Positions 54,672 to 62,507 of a stretch of DNA of 64,000 nucleotides are shown piece by piece. The stretch lies in assembly GCA_963842085.1 (NCBI GenBank), contig CAWJET010000001.1:256001-320000 (forward strand), read 5' to 3'. Under the pieces are notes generated by a model. It saw nothing but the letters and a program-made list of their open reading frames with translations, did no database searches and had not been told where the DNA came from. The position numbers were made by a program, and so were the translations under genes. How positions within the stretch are numbered: the stretch's first letter is position 1; each line of letters starts with the position of its first letter. This DNA comes from an uncultured delta proteobacterium (GTDB taxonomy: Bacteria > Desulfobacterota > Binatia > Binatales > Binataceae).

Positions 54672-54712
54672 AGAAAAAGAAAAAGCCCCGGGCTTCGATG
54701 CCCGAGGCTCTT
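54672..54712 (-). terminator. Intrinsic terminator (attenuator) upstream of the MFS gene
   Basis: Minus strand reads AGCCTCGGGC-ATCGAA-GCCCGGGGCT-TTTTCTTTTTCT, ending about 30 nt before the MFS start. Confidence 0.85.
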
Positions 54713-54736
54713 TCAAGCCAGCTTTCGAAGTATCCC

Positions 54737-54784
54737 TCACCCACCAGGCAGTTGGTTGACGTAGATGACGAGGGTGACTTTCAC
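54737..54784 (-). CDS. Putative 15-aa leader peptide MKVTLVIYVNQLPGG
   Basis: GGAGA SD, GTG start and TGA stop, directly ahead of the terminator and the MFS gene. Confidence 0.65.
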   Translation of the reverse strand: MKVTLVIYVNQLPGG

Positions 54785-54851
54785 GGGATTCTCCGAGTTC
54801 TGACTCCGGGGCGAGACTACTGCCGCCGCGCGAGCAGGTCAAGAAACCGCA

Positions 54852-55832
54852 TCAGGCGAACCTGAGAATGATTTTCCCGAAGTGCTCGCTCGCTTGCATC
54901 ATGCGATGCGCCGTCGGCGCGTCCGCGGCCGGGAGCGCCTTGTAGATTGGCGGACGCAACCGGCCCGCCTCGAGTGCGGGGCCGAATTGCGCGAGGAACG
55001 CCGCGACGATCTGCGCCTTCTCGGCGGCAGGGCGCGTGCGCAACGTCGAGCCGAAGATCTTCAGATGACGGCGCAGAACGGCCGCCAGATCGAGCTCGGC
55101 GCGCGTCCCGTTCATCAGGCCTATCAGGACCAAGCGCCCGCCTTGCGCGAGCGACTCGATGTTTCCGGCCAGGTAGGCGCCGCCGATGCTGTCCAGGATC
55201 ACGTCCACGCCACGCCCTTCCGTCGCCGTCTTCACCGCCGGAGCAAACGGCCCGCGCTTGTAGTTGATCGCGACGTCGGCGCCAAGCTTGCGGCATTGCT
55301 CGCATTTCTCGTCCGCGCCCGCCGTTACCACCACACGCACGCCCGCTTCGTTGAGCAATAGAATCGAGGCGGTGCCGACGCCGCTGCCGCCGCCGTGAAT
55401 CAACGCGGTTTCGCCGCGCTTGATTCCGGCGAGCATGAAAAAATTCAGGAACGCGGTCAGAAAGACTTCGGGGATTCCGGCGGCTTCTTCGAAGCTCAGC
55501 GCCGCGGGAATCTTCATCGCGGAGCCGTAGTGCACCGCGGCCTTCTCCGCGTAGCCGCCGCCCGGCAGCAACGCCATCGCGCGCTCGCCGATTTTCCATC
55601 CGGGAGCAGCAGCGCCGACCGCGACGACCTCGCCTGCGCATTCCAGGCCGATGATTTCCGACGCGCCCGGCGGAGGCGGATAGAATCCCTGGCGTTGAAG
55701 AATGTCCGCGCGATTCACCCCGGCAGCCCGAACGCGAATCAGGATTTCATCGGGTTTGATCGCGGGCTCGGCAACCTCGCCGATTTTGAGCGCGTTCTCA
55801 TCGCCGGGCTTTTCGACGACTACTGCTTTCAT
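54852..55832 (-). CDS. NAD(P)H-quinone oxidoreductase, PIG3 family (MDR)
   Basis: GVNRADILQRQGFYPPPPGAS, GLECAG, HGGGSGVG and GSTLR motifs. Confidence 0.93.
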   Translation of the reverse strand: MKAVVVEKPGDENALKIGEVAEPAIKPDEILIRVRAAGVNRADILQRQGFYPPPPGASEIIGLECAGEVVAVGAAAPGWKIGERAMALLPGGGYAEKAAVHYGSAMKIPAALSFEEAAGIPEVFLTAFLNFFMLAGIKRGETALIHGGGSGVGTASILLLNEAGVRVVVTAGADEKCEQCRKLGADVAINYKRGPFAPAVKTATEGRGVDVILDSIGGAYLAGNIESLAQGGRLVLIGLMNGTRAELDLAAVLRRHLKIFGSTLRTRPAAEKAQIVAAFLAQFGPALEAGRLRPPIYKALPAADAPTAHRMMQASEHFGKIILRFA

Positions 55833-55841
55833 GAATTCAGA

Positions 55842-56303
55842 CTACCTATAGATCATTTTCACCGAAATCTGCTTCCAGCCATTGCCGTCGTAGTGAAACT
55901 TGCACTCGTCGAACGACGGCGCTTTGAACATGGGCACGACGTTGTTTGAAAATCCGTAGCCCTCGAGCGGATAGCCGATCATGTTCGAATCGAATTTGCC
56001 GTTTTTGTTCTCGTCGTGAAAAAGCGTGACGGCGTAGTCGCCGGCCGAATAAGCCCCGCCAAAGACGCACTCGCCGCGAGCGCCCTTAATCGGCGCCCAG
56101 ACATGCTTCAGGATGTGCGAGTCGTCGCGCGGAAATCCCTGCGGCCCCCGCCACAGCGAGCATCCCAGTTGCCCCTTGTCGTTGCGAAAGCCGGTCACTT
56201 CGACCTTGATGCCCGCCTTCGCCGGGTCTTGCGCCCGCGACAAACCAGTTGATGCGCCCGAGACGAGCAGCACCGCGAACGCGATCAGCACTCTCATTCT
56301 CAT
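55842..56303 (-). CDS. DUF2141 family secreted protein
   Basis: 'YAVTLFHDENKNGKFD...GYPLEGYGFSNN...PSFD'; likely start at 56303 or 56297. Confidence 0.88.
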   Translation of the reverse strand: MRMRVLIAFAVLLVSGASTGLSRAQDPAKAGIKVEVTGFRNDKGQLGCSLWRGPQGFPRDDSHILKHVWAPIKGARGECVFGGAYSAGDYAVTLFHDENKNGKFDSNMIGYPLEGYGFSNNVVPMFKAPSFDECKFHYDGNGWKQISVKMIYR

Positions 56304-56325
56304 CGAATCCACGCTCCATACACGA

Positions 56326-56347
56326 AGAGGGTCCACAAGGACCCTCT
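56326..56347. terminator. Hairpin downstream of the alcohol dehydrogenase gene
   Basis: AGAGGGTCC-ACAA-GGACCCTCT. Confidence 0.45.
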
Positions 56348-56383
56348 CACGCGTCCAATGCCCACGCACCACGAAAACCGCGT

Positions 56384-57439
56384 CTAGTTGTAGTTGTTGA
56401 TCACCGTGACGCCGACGTTCTGGAACGTGTTCATCTCGTTGAAAATCTTGTTGATGCCGTCGAGTCCGCAGGTCCCGGTAACCATCGCCTTGGGCGTGAC
56501 CTTCTTGGCCTCGACCATTTGCAGCATCGCCGGATAGTGCGACGCCTGCATCCCGAGCGAGCCGATCACCTGCAGTTCCATCGTGACGATCCGATCGATC
56601 GGCATCGGAATCTCGCCCTGCTCCACCGAGGTCGTCAGCCCAATCTGCAGATGGCGTCCCTGCTTGCGCAGACTCATGATCGCGTTGCGGCAGGTGGCCG
56701 CGACACCGAGCGCATCGACGGCCACATGTGCGCCGCCGCCGGTGAGATCGAAGATCGCGCTTAACGGATCGCTCTTCTTCGCGTTGATTACGTGCGCCGC
56801 GCCCATGCCCTTGGCGAGTTCGAGCTTGGCCGAGTCGAGATCGACGCCGATGACGTTGGCTCCCATAGCCGCCGCGATATTGATCGCCGACAGCCCGATT
56901 CCGCCGCATCCATGCACCACCACCCATTCACCCGGCTTCACCTGCGCGCGATCGACGACGCCGTGAAACGAGGTCATGAAGCGGCAACCCATCGAGGCCG
57001 CCTCGACGAAGTCGATGCTCGCCGGGAGATTGACCAGGTTCATGTCGGCGAATGGCACCGCGACCAGGTGGCCGAAGCCGCCGTGATACGAGAAGCCCGG
57101 CAGCAGCGGCGTGAGGCAAACGTTGGATTGCCCGTTGCGACAATACTCGCAGGTGCCATCGCCCTGGCTGAACGGCACCACGACGCGCGCGCCCTTCTTG
57201 AAGTTGCGCACGTCCTTGCCGGCCTCTTCGACGACGCCGGTGAACTCATGCCCGAGGATTGCGCCGGGCTGCGCTGACAGCCCCATCCAGGTCCAATCGC
57301 CCGACCACGCGTGCCAGTCGGAACGACAGATGCCGTTGGCCTCGACGCGCACGATCGCGCTGGTCGGCGCGCATTCGGGATCGGGAACCGTCTTTACTAC
57401 GAGAGGTTTCTTGGTCGCCTCGAATACTGCTGCTTTCAT
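56384..57439 (-). CDS. Zinc-dependent alcohol dehydrogenase
   Basis: GICRSDWH, GHEFTG, structural-Zn-like D/C cluster and GCGGIG; AGGAGG SD. Confidence 0.93.
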   Translation of the reverse strand: MKAAVFEATKKPLVVKTVPDPECAPTSAIVRVEANGICRSDWHAWSGDWTWMGLSAQPGAILGHEFTGVVEEAGKDVRNFKKGARVVVPFSQGDGTCEYCRNGQSNVCLTPLLPGFSYHGGFGHLVAVPFADMNLVNLPASIDFVEAASMGCRFMTSFHGVVDRAQVKPGEWVVVHGCGGIGLSAINIAAAMGANVIGVDLDSAKLELAKGMGAAHVINAKKSDPLSAIFDLTGGGAHVAVDALGVAATCRNAIMSLRKQGRHLQIGLTTSVEQGEIPMPIDRIVTMELQVIGSLGMQASHYPAMLQMVEAKKVTPKAMVTGTCGLDGINKIFNEMNTFQNVGVTVINNYN

Positions 57440-57526
57440 CGTTGCCTGAGCCTCCTTAACAATGTCGCGATCAATTTCGATATAGCGCCTTTGCCGGCGA
57501 ATCGGCAAATTCAGTCCGTGCGCTCA

Positions 57527-58522
57527 TCAGAGCAGCCGCGCCACAGTCTTTTCGAACTCAGCCGGCGTGTGCGCGTCGATATCTATTGGATGCAGATCGA
57601 CGCCGGCCTCGTCCTGCGCCTTCAGCCGCTCGACTGCGCCTTCGATTCCACCGATATAACCCAACTCGGAGAGCAGCTTGGGCGACAGCGCCGCGGTCCC
57701 GGCCTTCGAGCCGCCCGCGTCCCAAGCCTGCTTGACCTTCTGCACCTCGTCGCCGAAGCCGAAGCGCGTGAGTTGCTCGGAATAGAAGGTGCCCATGCGC
57801 GCGGCGTAGAACGCGACGTTGGCGGCATGCCCCGCTACTGCGCGATCGACATTGGCGGTAACAGTCACATGTCCGGGCGCCTTGACCGCGACCGCGCGCG
57901 GCTCGCGTCCGGCCGCGGTCGCGATCTCGCGGAAATCCGCAATCGCTTTCCTGAGCGAATTGATCGGGATCATCACCGGCAGCCATCCGTCGGCTTTCTT
58001 GGCCGTGAACTCGACGCTCCTTTTGTTGAGCGAGGCGATCCAGATCGGAATGTGCTTGCGCGGCGTCTCGAAGCGCATCGTGAAACCGCGCTGCAACTTG
58101 AACACCTTGCCGTCGTAGTTGAGCGGCGTCTGCGCCATGATCATGTTGATAATTTCGACGTACTCCTTCATCCGCGTCAGCGGCGGATTGAACGGGATAC
58201 CGTGAAAATGCTCGATCACCTGCGGCCCGCTGGTACCCAAGCCAATGATCATGCGGCCGTTGCTCAACTCGTCGAGCGTGCCGAAATGCTGCGCGAGCGC
58301 GGCCGGCGTGCGCGAGTAGATATTCACGATCGAGGTCGCAAGCTGGATCTTGCTGGTATGCTCGGCGAGCAGCGTCAGCAGCGTGAACGCGTCGCGGCCC
58401 CACGCCTCGGCCACCCAGATCGAATGGATGCCTGCGGCGTCCGCGATTTTCGCTTTTTCGATCGTGCCCTTGAAATCGGGCTTGCCCTGCCAATTCACTC
58501 CGACTGCCAATTTGCGCGCCAT
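57527..58522 (-). CDS. LLM-class flavin (possibly F420)-dependent oxidoreductase
   Basis: SIWVAEAWGRDA, RTPAALA, LSNGRMIIGLG and ADGW motifs; AGGAGG SD before ATG 58522. Confidence 0.92.
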   Translation of the reverse strand: MARKLAVGVNWQGKPDFKGTIEKAKIADAAGIHSIWVAEAWGRDAFTLLTLLAEHTSKIQLATSIVNIYSRTPAALAQHFGTLDELSNGRMIIGLGTSGPQVIEHFHGIPFNPPLTRMKEYVEIINMIMAQTPLNYDGKVFKLQRGFTMRFETPRKHIPIWIASLNKRSVEFTAKKADGWLPVMIPINSLRKAIADFREIATAAGREPRAVAVKAPGHVTVTANVDRAVAGHAANVAFYAARMGTFYSEQLTRFGFGDEVQKVKQAWDAGGSKAGTAALSPKLLSELGYIGGIEGAVERLKAQDEAGVDLHPIDIDAHTPAEFEKTVARLL

Positions 58523-58691
58523 CGAAATTTCCTCCTGATTACCACGCGCTGCGGCGTGGTTCTCCAGCGCCCAACCTAGCCGAGACTGAGACTCTTCTAC
58601 AAACCGTTCGTCAGGTAATCGTCGCAACTGTCCGGCTACTCGATTTGCCCGCGCCACACTATGATTGTTCGTTATAGGCGTGAGGCTCGCT

Positions 58692-59525
58692 ATGAAGACA
58701 CGATGCACTTCCCTGATTGTCGTCGTCGCGCTGATCACCACTTTCTTCTCGTACGCCATCGCCCACGACATGGACGGAATGGACATGGGCTCGAGCGCCA
58801 GCGGCGCCGGCGCGATGGGCCAGATGGGCGCGCACATGAAGATCGGAGACCACATGACGATGACCGAGTCGCGACCCATGACCCCGGCGGACGTGCAGCG
58901 AGGCGAACAGATCATCGCGACGATGCGCGCGAAGCTCGCCAAGTACCAGGACTACAACGTCGCAATCGCCGACGGCTACGTGCCTTACATGGAGTCGGTG
59001 CCGCAGGACGTCTACCACTTCTCCAACCGCGCGGCGACGGCCGCCGAGTACATGGGCGATTTCGATCCGGCGCATCCCGGCTCCCTTCTCTATGAGAAGA
59101 AAACCTTCGGTGGATACAAGCTGGTCGGTGCTATGTACGACGCGCCGCCCGGCGACAGTCCCGCGCGGCTCAACGCGCTGATCCCGCTGGGCCTCGCGCA
59201 CTGGCACGCGCACACCAACATCTGCCTGCCGCACGACGTGACCGAAGCCGACGTGATCAACGGCAACGTCGGCAACCATATGCGGCCGGACATTTCCTCG
59301 GCGGTCGATACACCCCGTTTTGGTCGCGGCGCGGGTGACGGCGATCGAATCCGCTTCGGCTACCTGTCCGATCCGCGCTTCGGCTTCGCAGGCACAATTT
59401 CAAATCAGGCTGACTGCGAGGCGGCCGGCGGAAATTTTCACAAGCAGATATTCGGTTGGATGGTGCACGTCTATCCGTTCTTGAGCAACGATCTGAGAGT
59501 TGCGTTCAGCCTCGAAGCGCCGTGA
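58692..59525 (+). CDS. Secreted hypothetical protein with a His/Met-rich N-terminus
   Basis: Signal peptide ending AIA, then HDMDGMDMG; motifs PGSLLY, LVGAMY, WHAHTNIC and WMVHVYP. Confidence 0.8.
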   Translation: MKTRCTSLIVVVALITTFFSYAIAHDMDGMDMGSSASGAGAMGQMGAHMKIGDHMTMTESRPMTPADVQRGEQIIATMRAKLAKYQDYNVAIADGYVPYMESVPQDVYHFSNRAATAAEYMGDFDPAHPGSLLYEKKTFGGYKLVGAMYDAPPGDSPARLNALIPLGLAHWHAHTNICLPHDVTEADVINGNVGNHMRPDISSAVDTPRFGRGAGDGDRIRFGYLSDPRFGFAGTISNQADCEAAGGNFHKQIFGWMVHVYPFLSNDLRVAFSLEAP

Positions 59526-59533
59526 CGCCTCGG

Positions 59534-60175
59534 TCACCGCTCCGCCGCTGTAATCCGGTACGCGCAGCGCCGCGCGCCAGCCAGAATGTGATCGATCCGT
59601 TCGACCCGCGCCTTGTCGCCAAGCACCGAGCGGAACAGCGAGAGTTCTTCGCGGCATAAGCCCTGGCAGGTCGAGGCCGCCGCGCAGATGGGACAATGAT
59701 TCTCCGCCAACAGCATCGAGCCGTCGGGCATCCGCGCGCATTCGGCCATGTAGCCCTGCTCGCGACGAATCTCCGCCAATGCGTGCGCGCGCTTTGCGAT
59801 TGAAGTCCCCGCCGGGCGCAGCCGCGCGCGATACTCTTCGAGCTGGCGGCGCGTCCTTTCGCGCAGCAGCTTGTCCATCCCCGCCTCACCGAACGCCGCG
59901 CGCACCGCTGCGATGATCTCGACCGTCAGGTCGCTATGCGTGTCCGGAAAGCGCTCGGCCGCCACGCTCGTCAATCTCCACACGCGCGCGGGGCGTCCCA
60001 CCTTGCGCCGTTCGTCGGTAAATTCGACGAGGCCTTCCACCTTGAGGCGATAGAGATGCTGGCGCACCGCCATCGCCGTGACGCCCAGGCGGCGCGCGAC
60101 CTGAGCCGCGGTCTGCGGCCCGCGAGTCTTGAGCTGGTACAGGACACCCTCCTCCGCGCGCGCATCGTGCTTCAT
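59534..60175 (-). CDS. SufR-like winged-HTH transcriptional regulator
   Basis: HTH 'TAAQVARRLGVTAMAVRQHL', GRP, and C-terminal 'ENHCPIC...C..LC..E...C'. Confidence 0.88.
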   Translation of the reverse strand: MKHDARAEEGVLYQLKTRGPQTAAQVARRLGVTAMAVRQHLYRLKVEGLVEFTDERRKVGRPARVWRLTSVAAERFPDTHSDLTVEIIAAVRAAFGEAGMDKLLRERTRRQLEEYRARLRPAGTSIAKRAHALAEIRREQGYMAECARMPDGSMLLAENHCPICAAASTCQGLCREELSLFRSVLGDKARVERIDHILAGARRCAYRITAAER

Positions 60176-60205
60176 GAAATGCGATGGTACCCGCCATGAA
60201 TTATT

Positions 60206-60248
60206 AGTCAAGCGAGTGCTTGACTTAGTATATAAAGCGAGTACTTTA
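60206..60248. promoter_or_regulatory. Twin palindromic operators between the divergent regulator and the questin-oxidase-like gene
   Basis: AGTCAAGC-GAGT-GCTTGACT (60206-60225) and TAAAG-CGAGTA-CTTTA (60233-60248); shared core AAGCGAGTRCTT. Confidence 0.65.
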
Positions 60249-60278
60249 CCAACTATCGGGACCCGAGAGGACGCGTCG

Positions 60279-61337
60279 ATGAACACCGATTATTCTGCGC
60301 TCGATGAAGCGCTCGAAATCATGGCGCCGATCGGCCCTGAACTGAACAACGGCTTGTCCAATCACGCACCCATGGCGATCGAAGCGATGTGTGCGATGGG
60401 ACGCCCCGACGCCGTGATGCCGTGGTTCGAGCGCTACCGCCGCCGGCTCGCGCAGCGTCGAGCCCGGGTCGCGCGGCTCACGGATGACAATTGGCGCGCG
60501 GCGCTCGGCGACCTCCGCCGCACCGAGGATTGGTTCGAGTTCTTTCGCAACGAGCTCGAGGAGCGCCCGTGGCCTGCCGCGCTCGACACGTGGGCCGCGC
60601 GGCTCGCGCCGGGTCTGATGGCGGCTGCGACGCATGGGGTGATTCGCACCGGCCACGCAACGCGCGCCCTCGCTCTCGAGAACACTCCTGCGCGCCGCCG
60701 CGAACTGGCCGACGGACTCGCTTACTGGGCCGCCGATTACTTGCCGCTGCCCGCTGAGCGGCACCCGCCGGCTCGTGCAAAGCCGTCAGACGCGATCGCT
60801 GGCGTGCAGATGATTCCGCCTGAGACTCGGCGCAACAACTTAGGCGCGTTTACCGACGCGCTCGCGCAACTCGATTCCTTCCCACCGTTCCAGAGCACGC
60901 TCGACGCAGTCGATCCCACCGGCGACCCGCGCGCATTCATCTCGGACCTGACCGCCACCTTTGCGCGCGTCTTTCTGGCCAACGCCCGCGACACTTACAC
61001 GGCCATTGCGTTTGTCCACGCCGTGACCGGCCCGTCCGCCATTCGCCCTCTCCTGCCGTACCTGCGCGAAGCAACTGCGCGCATAGCACTCGCATACGCG
61101 TGGCAGGCTGCGGCCGCGATGTACGCAACTTTCGGCACACGCGCGGACCTGTCGCGCCTCGATGAGGTCAAGGTCTGGGATCAGGATGGACTTATCGAGC
61201 GTGCGCTCGCATGCGGCGACGAGCACGCGATCAAATTCACCGAGGTCTGTTTACGCGAGCATGCGTTCAATCCGGACCCGGCGTTTCTCGCGGCTGCCGG
61301 CCAGGCGATTCGCGTGCTGAGCCGCGCCGAAGGCTGA
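60279..61337 (+). CDS. Questin oxidase-like (DUF4243) protein
   Basis: NHAPM, AATHGVIRTGHA, ELADGLAYWA, VHAVT and DEHAIKF motifs; GAGGA SD. Confidence 0.8.
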   Translation: MNTDYSALDEALEIMAPIGPELNNGLSNHAPMAIEAMCAMGRPDAVMPWFERYRRRLAQRRARVARLTDDNWRAALGDLRRTEDWFEFFRNELEERPWPAALDTWAARLAPGLMAAATHGVIRTGHATRALALENTPARRRELADGLAYWAADYLPLPAERHPPARAKPSDAIAGVQMIPPETRRNNLGAFTDALAQLDSFPPFQSTLDAVDPTGDPRAFISDLTATFARVFLANARDTYTAIAFVHAVTGPSAIRPLLPYLREATARIALAYAWQAAAAMYATFGTRADLSRLDEVKVWDQDGLIERALACGDEHAIKFTEVCLREHAFNPDPAFLAAAGQAIRVLSRAEG

Positions 61338-61339
61338 CG

Positions 61340-62020
61340 CTACTTGGTGCCGCAGTAAACGGCGAAGATCAGGTTTTTGTACGCGCAATCGATATCGCGG
61401 AACCCCGCCTCGCGCAGCCATTCGAGTTGATCCTCGAGCGTCGCCGCGCGATCGAACTTCATCCGTTCCAGCGCCGCCGCCAGGTCGCGCTCGTCCGCAC
61501 CCAATTCACGCACCCGCGTGACCCATCGCTCGTGATGGAACCGGTGCCGCTCCGGAGTCGCGCACCGAAACTGCTCGGCGTTGACAAAAACTCCGCCGTC
61601 GTTGAGCGCGCCGTGGATTCGATTGAACAACGCGCGCTTTTGCTCGTCGCCCAAGTGATGTATCGACAGCGCCGAAACGACCGCGTCGTACTTCTCCCGG
61701 ATCTGATCAACGCCGTAGTCCGAGACCTCGAAGCGAAAGCGCTCTCCCCCAAGCTCGAAGCGCGCACGCGCACGCTCGAGCATCTCGTTCGAGATATCCA
61801 CCATCGTGATTCGCGCATTCGGAAAACTGTACGCGATAAACGCCGCCATCAGGCCCGTGCCGGCGCCGAGATCGAGAACCTTGAGCCTGCTCTCGCGCGG
61901 AAACCGGATTAAATCGATCGCCGCCCGGTAGAAGTCGTCGAATCCCGGCACCAGCCGGCGCCGCGTGCGGTCGTAATCTTCCGCCGCAAGATCGAACGCG
62001 TGCTGTACTGAATTCGCCAT
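61340..62020 (-). CDS. Class I SAM-dependent methyltransferase
   Basis: VLDLGAGTG, 'YDAVVSALSIHH' and 'GGVFVNAE' motifs. Confidence 0.9.
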   Translation of the reverse strand: MANSVQHAFDLAAEDYDRTRRRLVPGFDDFYRAAIDLIRFPRESRLKVLDLGAGTGLMAAFIAYSFPNARITMVDISNEMLERARARFELGGERFRFEVSDYGVDQIREKYDAVVSALSIHHLGDEQKRALFNRIHGALNDGGVFVNAEQFRCATPERHRFHHERWVTRVRELGADERDLAAALERMKFDRAATLEDQLEWLREAGFRDIDCAYKNLIFAVYCGTK

Positions 62021-62092
62021 CTGAAGATTGTGCGGTCGCGACGGTCGTGAATCAACCGCACAGTTAAGACGCGTATCGATCCGGCCGTGCTG

Positions 62093-62344
62093 CTACTTGG
62101 CTAGTTTCGTCAGTCCTTTCTTTCTGCGCTCGGCCCACCGCTTCTTCATAAGCTCCGACAGCCGCTTCCTGCCTTCCTTGGTGATGCCGCCGCGTCGCTT
62201 TCTTTTTGTGGCGCCCGGCTTGGCAGCAGCTTTACGGCCTCTCTTGCCGGTAGCCGCCGATCCTGCTCCTACCAGGGCCGTGATCGCACGGACCAGCCGG
62301 TCCCTTTCTTTCTTCAGGTCTGCAACGATTTTGTCGATTTCCAA
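62093..62344 (-). CDS. Small basic protein, putative nucleoid-associated/DNA-binding
   Basis: GAGGAG SD and TTG start; N-terminal amphipathic helix, K/R-rich linker and C-terminal 'EGRKRLSELMKKRWAERR'. Confidence 0.8.
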   Translation of the reverse strand: MEIDKIVADLKKERDRLVRAITALVGAGSAATGKRGRKAAAKPGATKRKRRGGITKEGRKRLSELMKKRWAERRKKGLTKLAK

Positions 62345-62395
62345 ATAAGTGCTCCTCTAGGTCTAAAGCGTTTCGTTCGGCCGCTACTTAATATA

Positions 62396-62417
62396 TCCAG
62401 CAATTATAATTGCTGGA
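62396..62417. promoter_or_regulatory. Perfect 22-bp palindrome upstream of the small basic protein
   Basis: TCCAGCAATTATAATTGCTGGA equals its own reverse complement and contains TATAAT on both strands. Confidence 0.65.
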
Positions 62418-62507
62418 GTTACTAAGAATTGCAATTTCTATGAGCTAGGTTGTGCGATGCCCCGGATAGGCCTCGGCCTGCCGGCCGCTAACTCAACCCT
62501 AGGACTC

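Noticed and set aside
55842-56927. 361-aa ORF suggesting a long N-terminal extension or fusion of DUF2141
   Set aside because: The extension overlaps the ADH gene in another frame; the signal peptide starts at about 56303.
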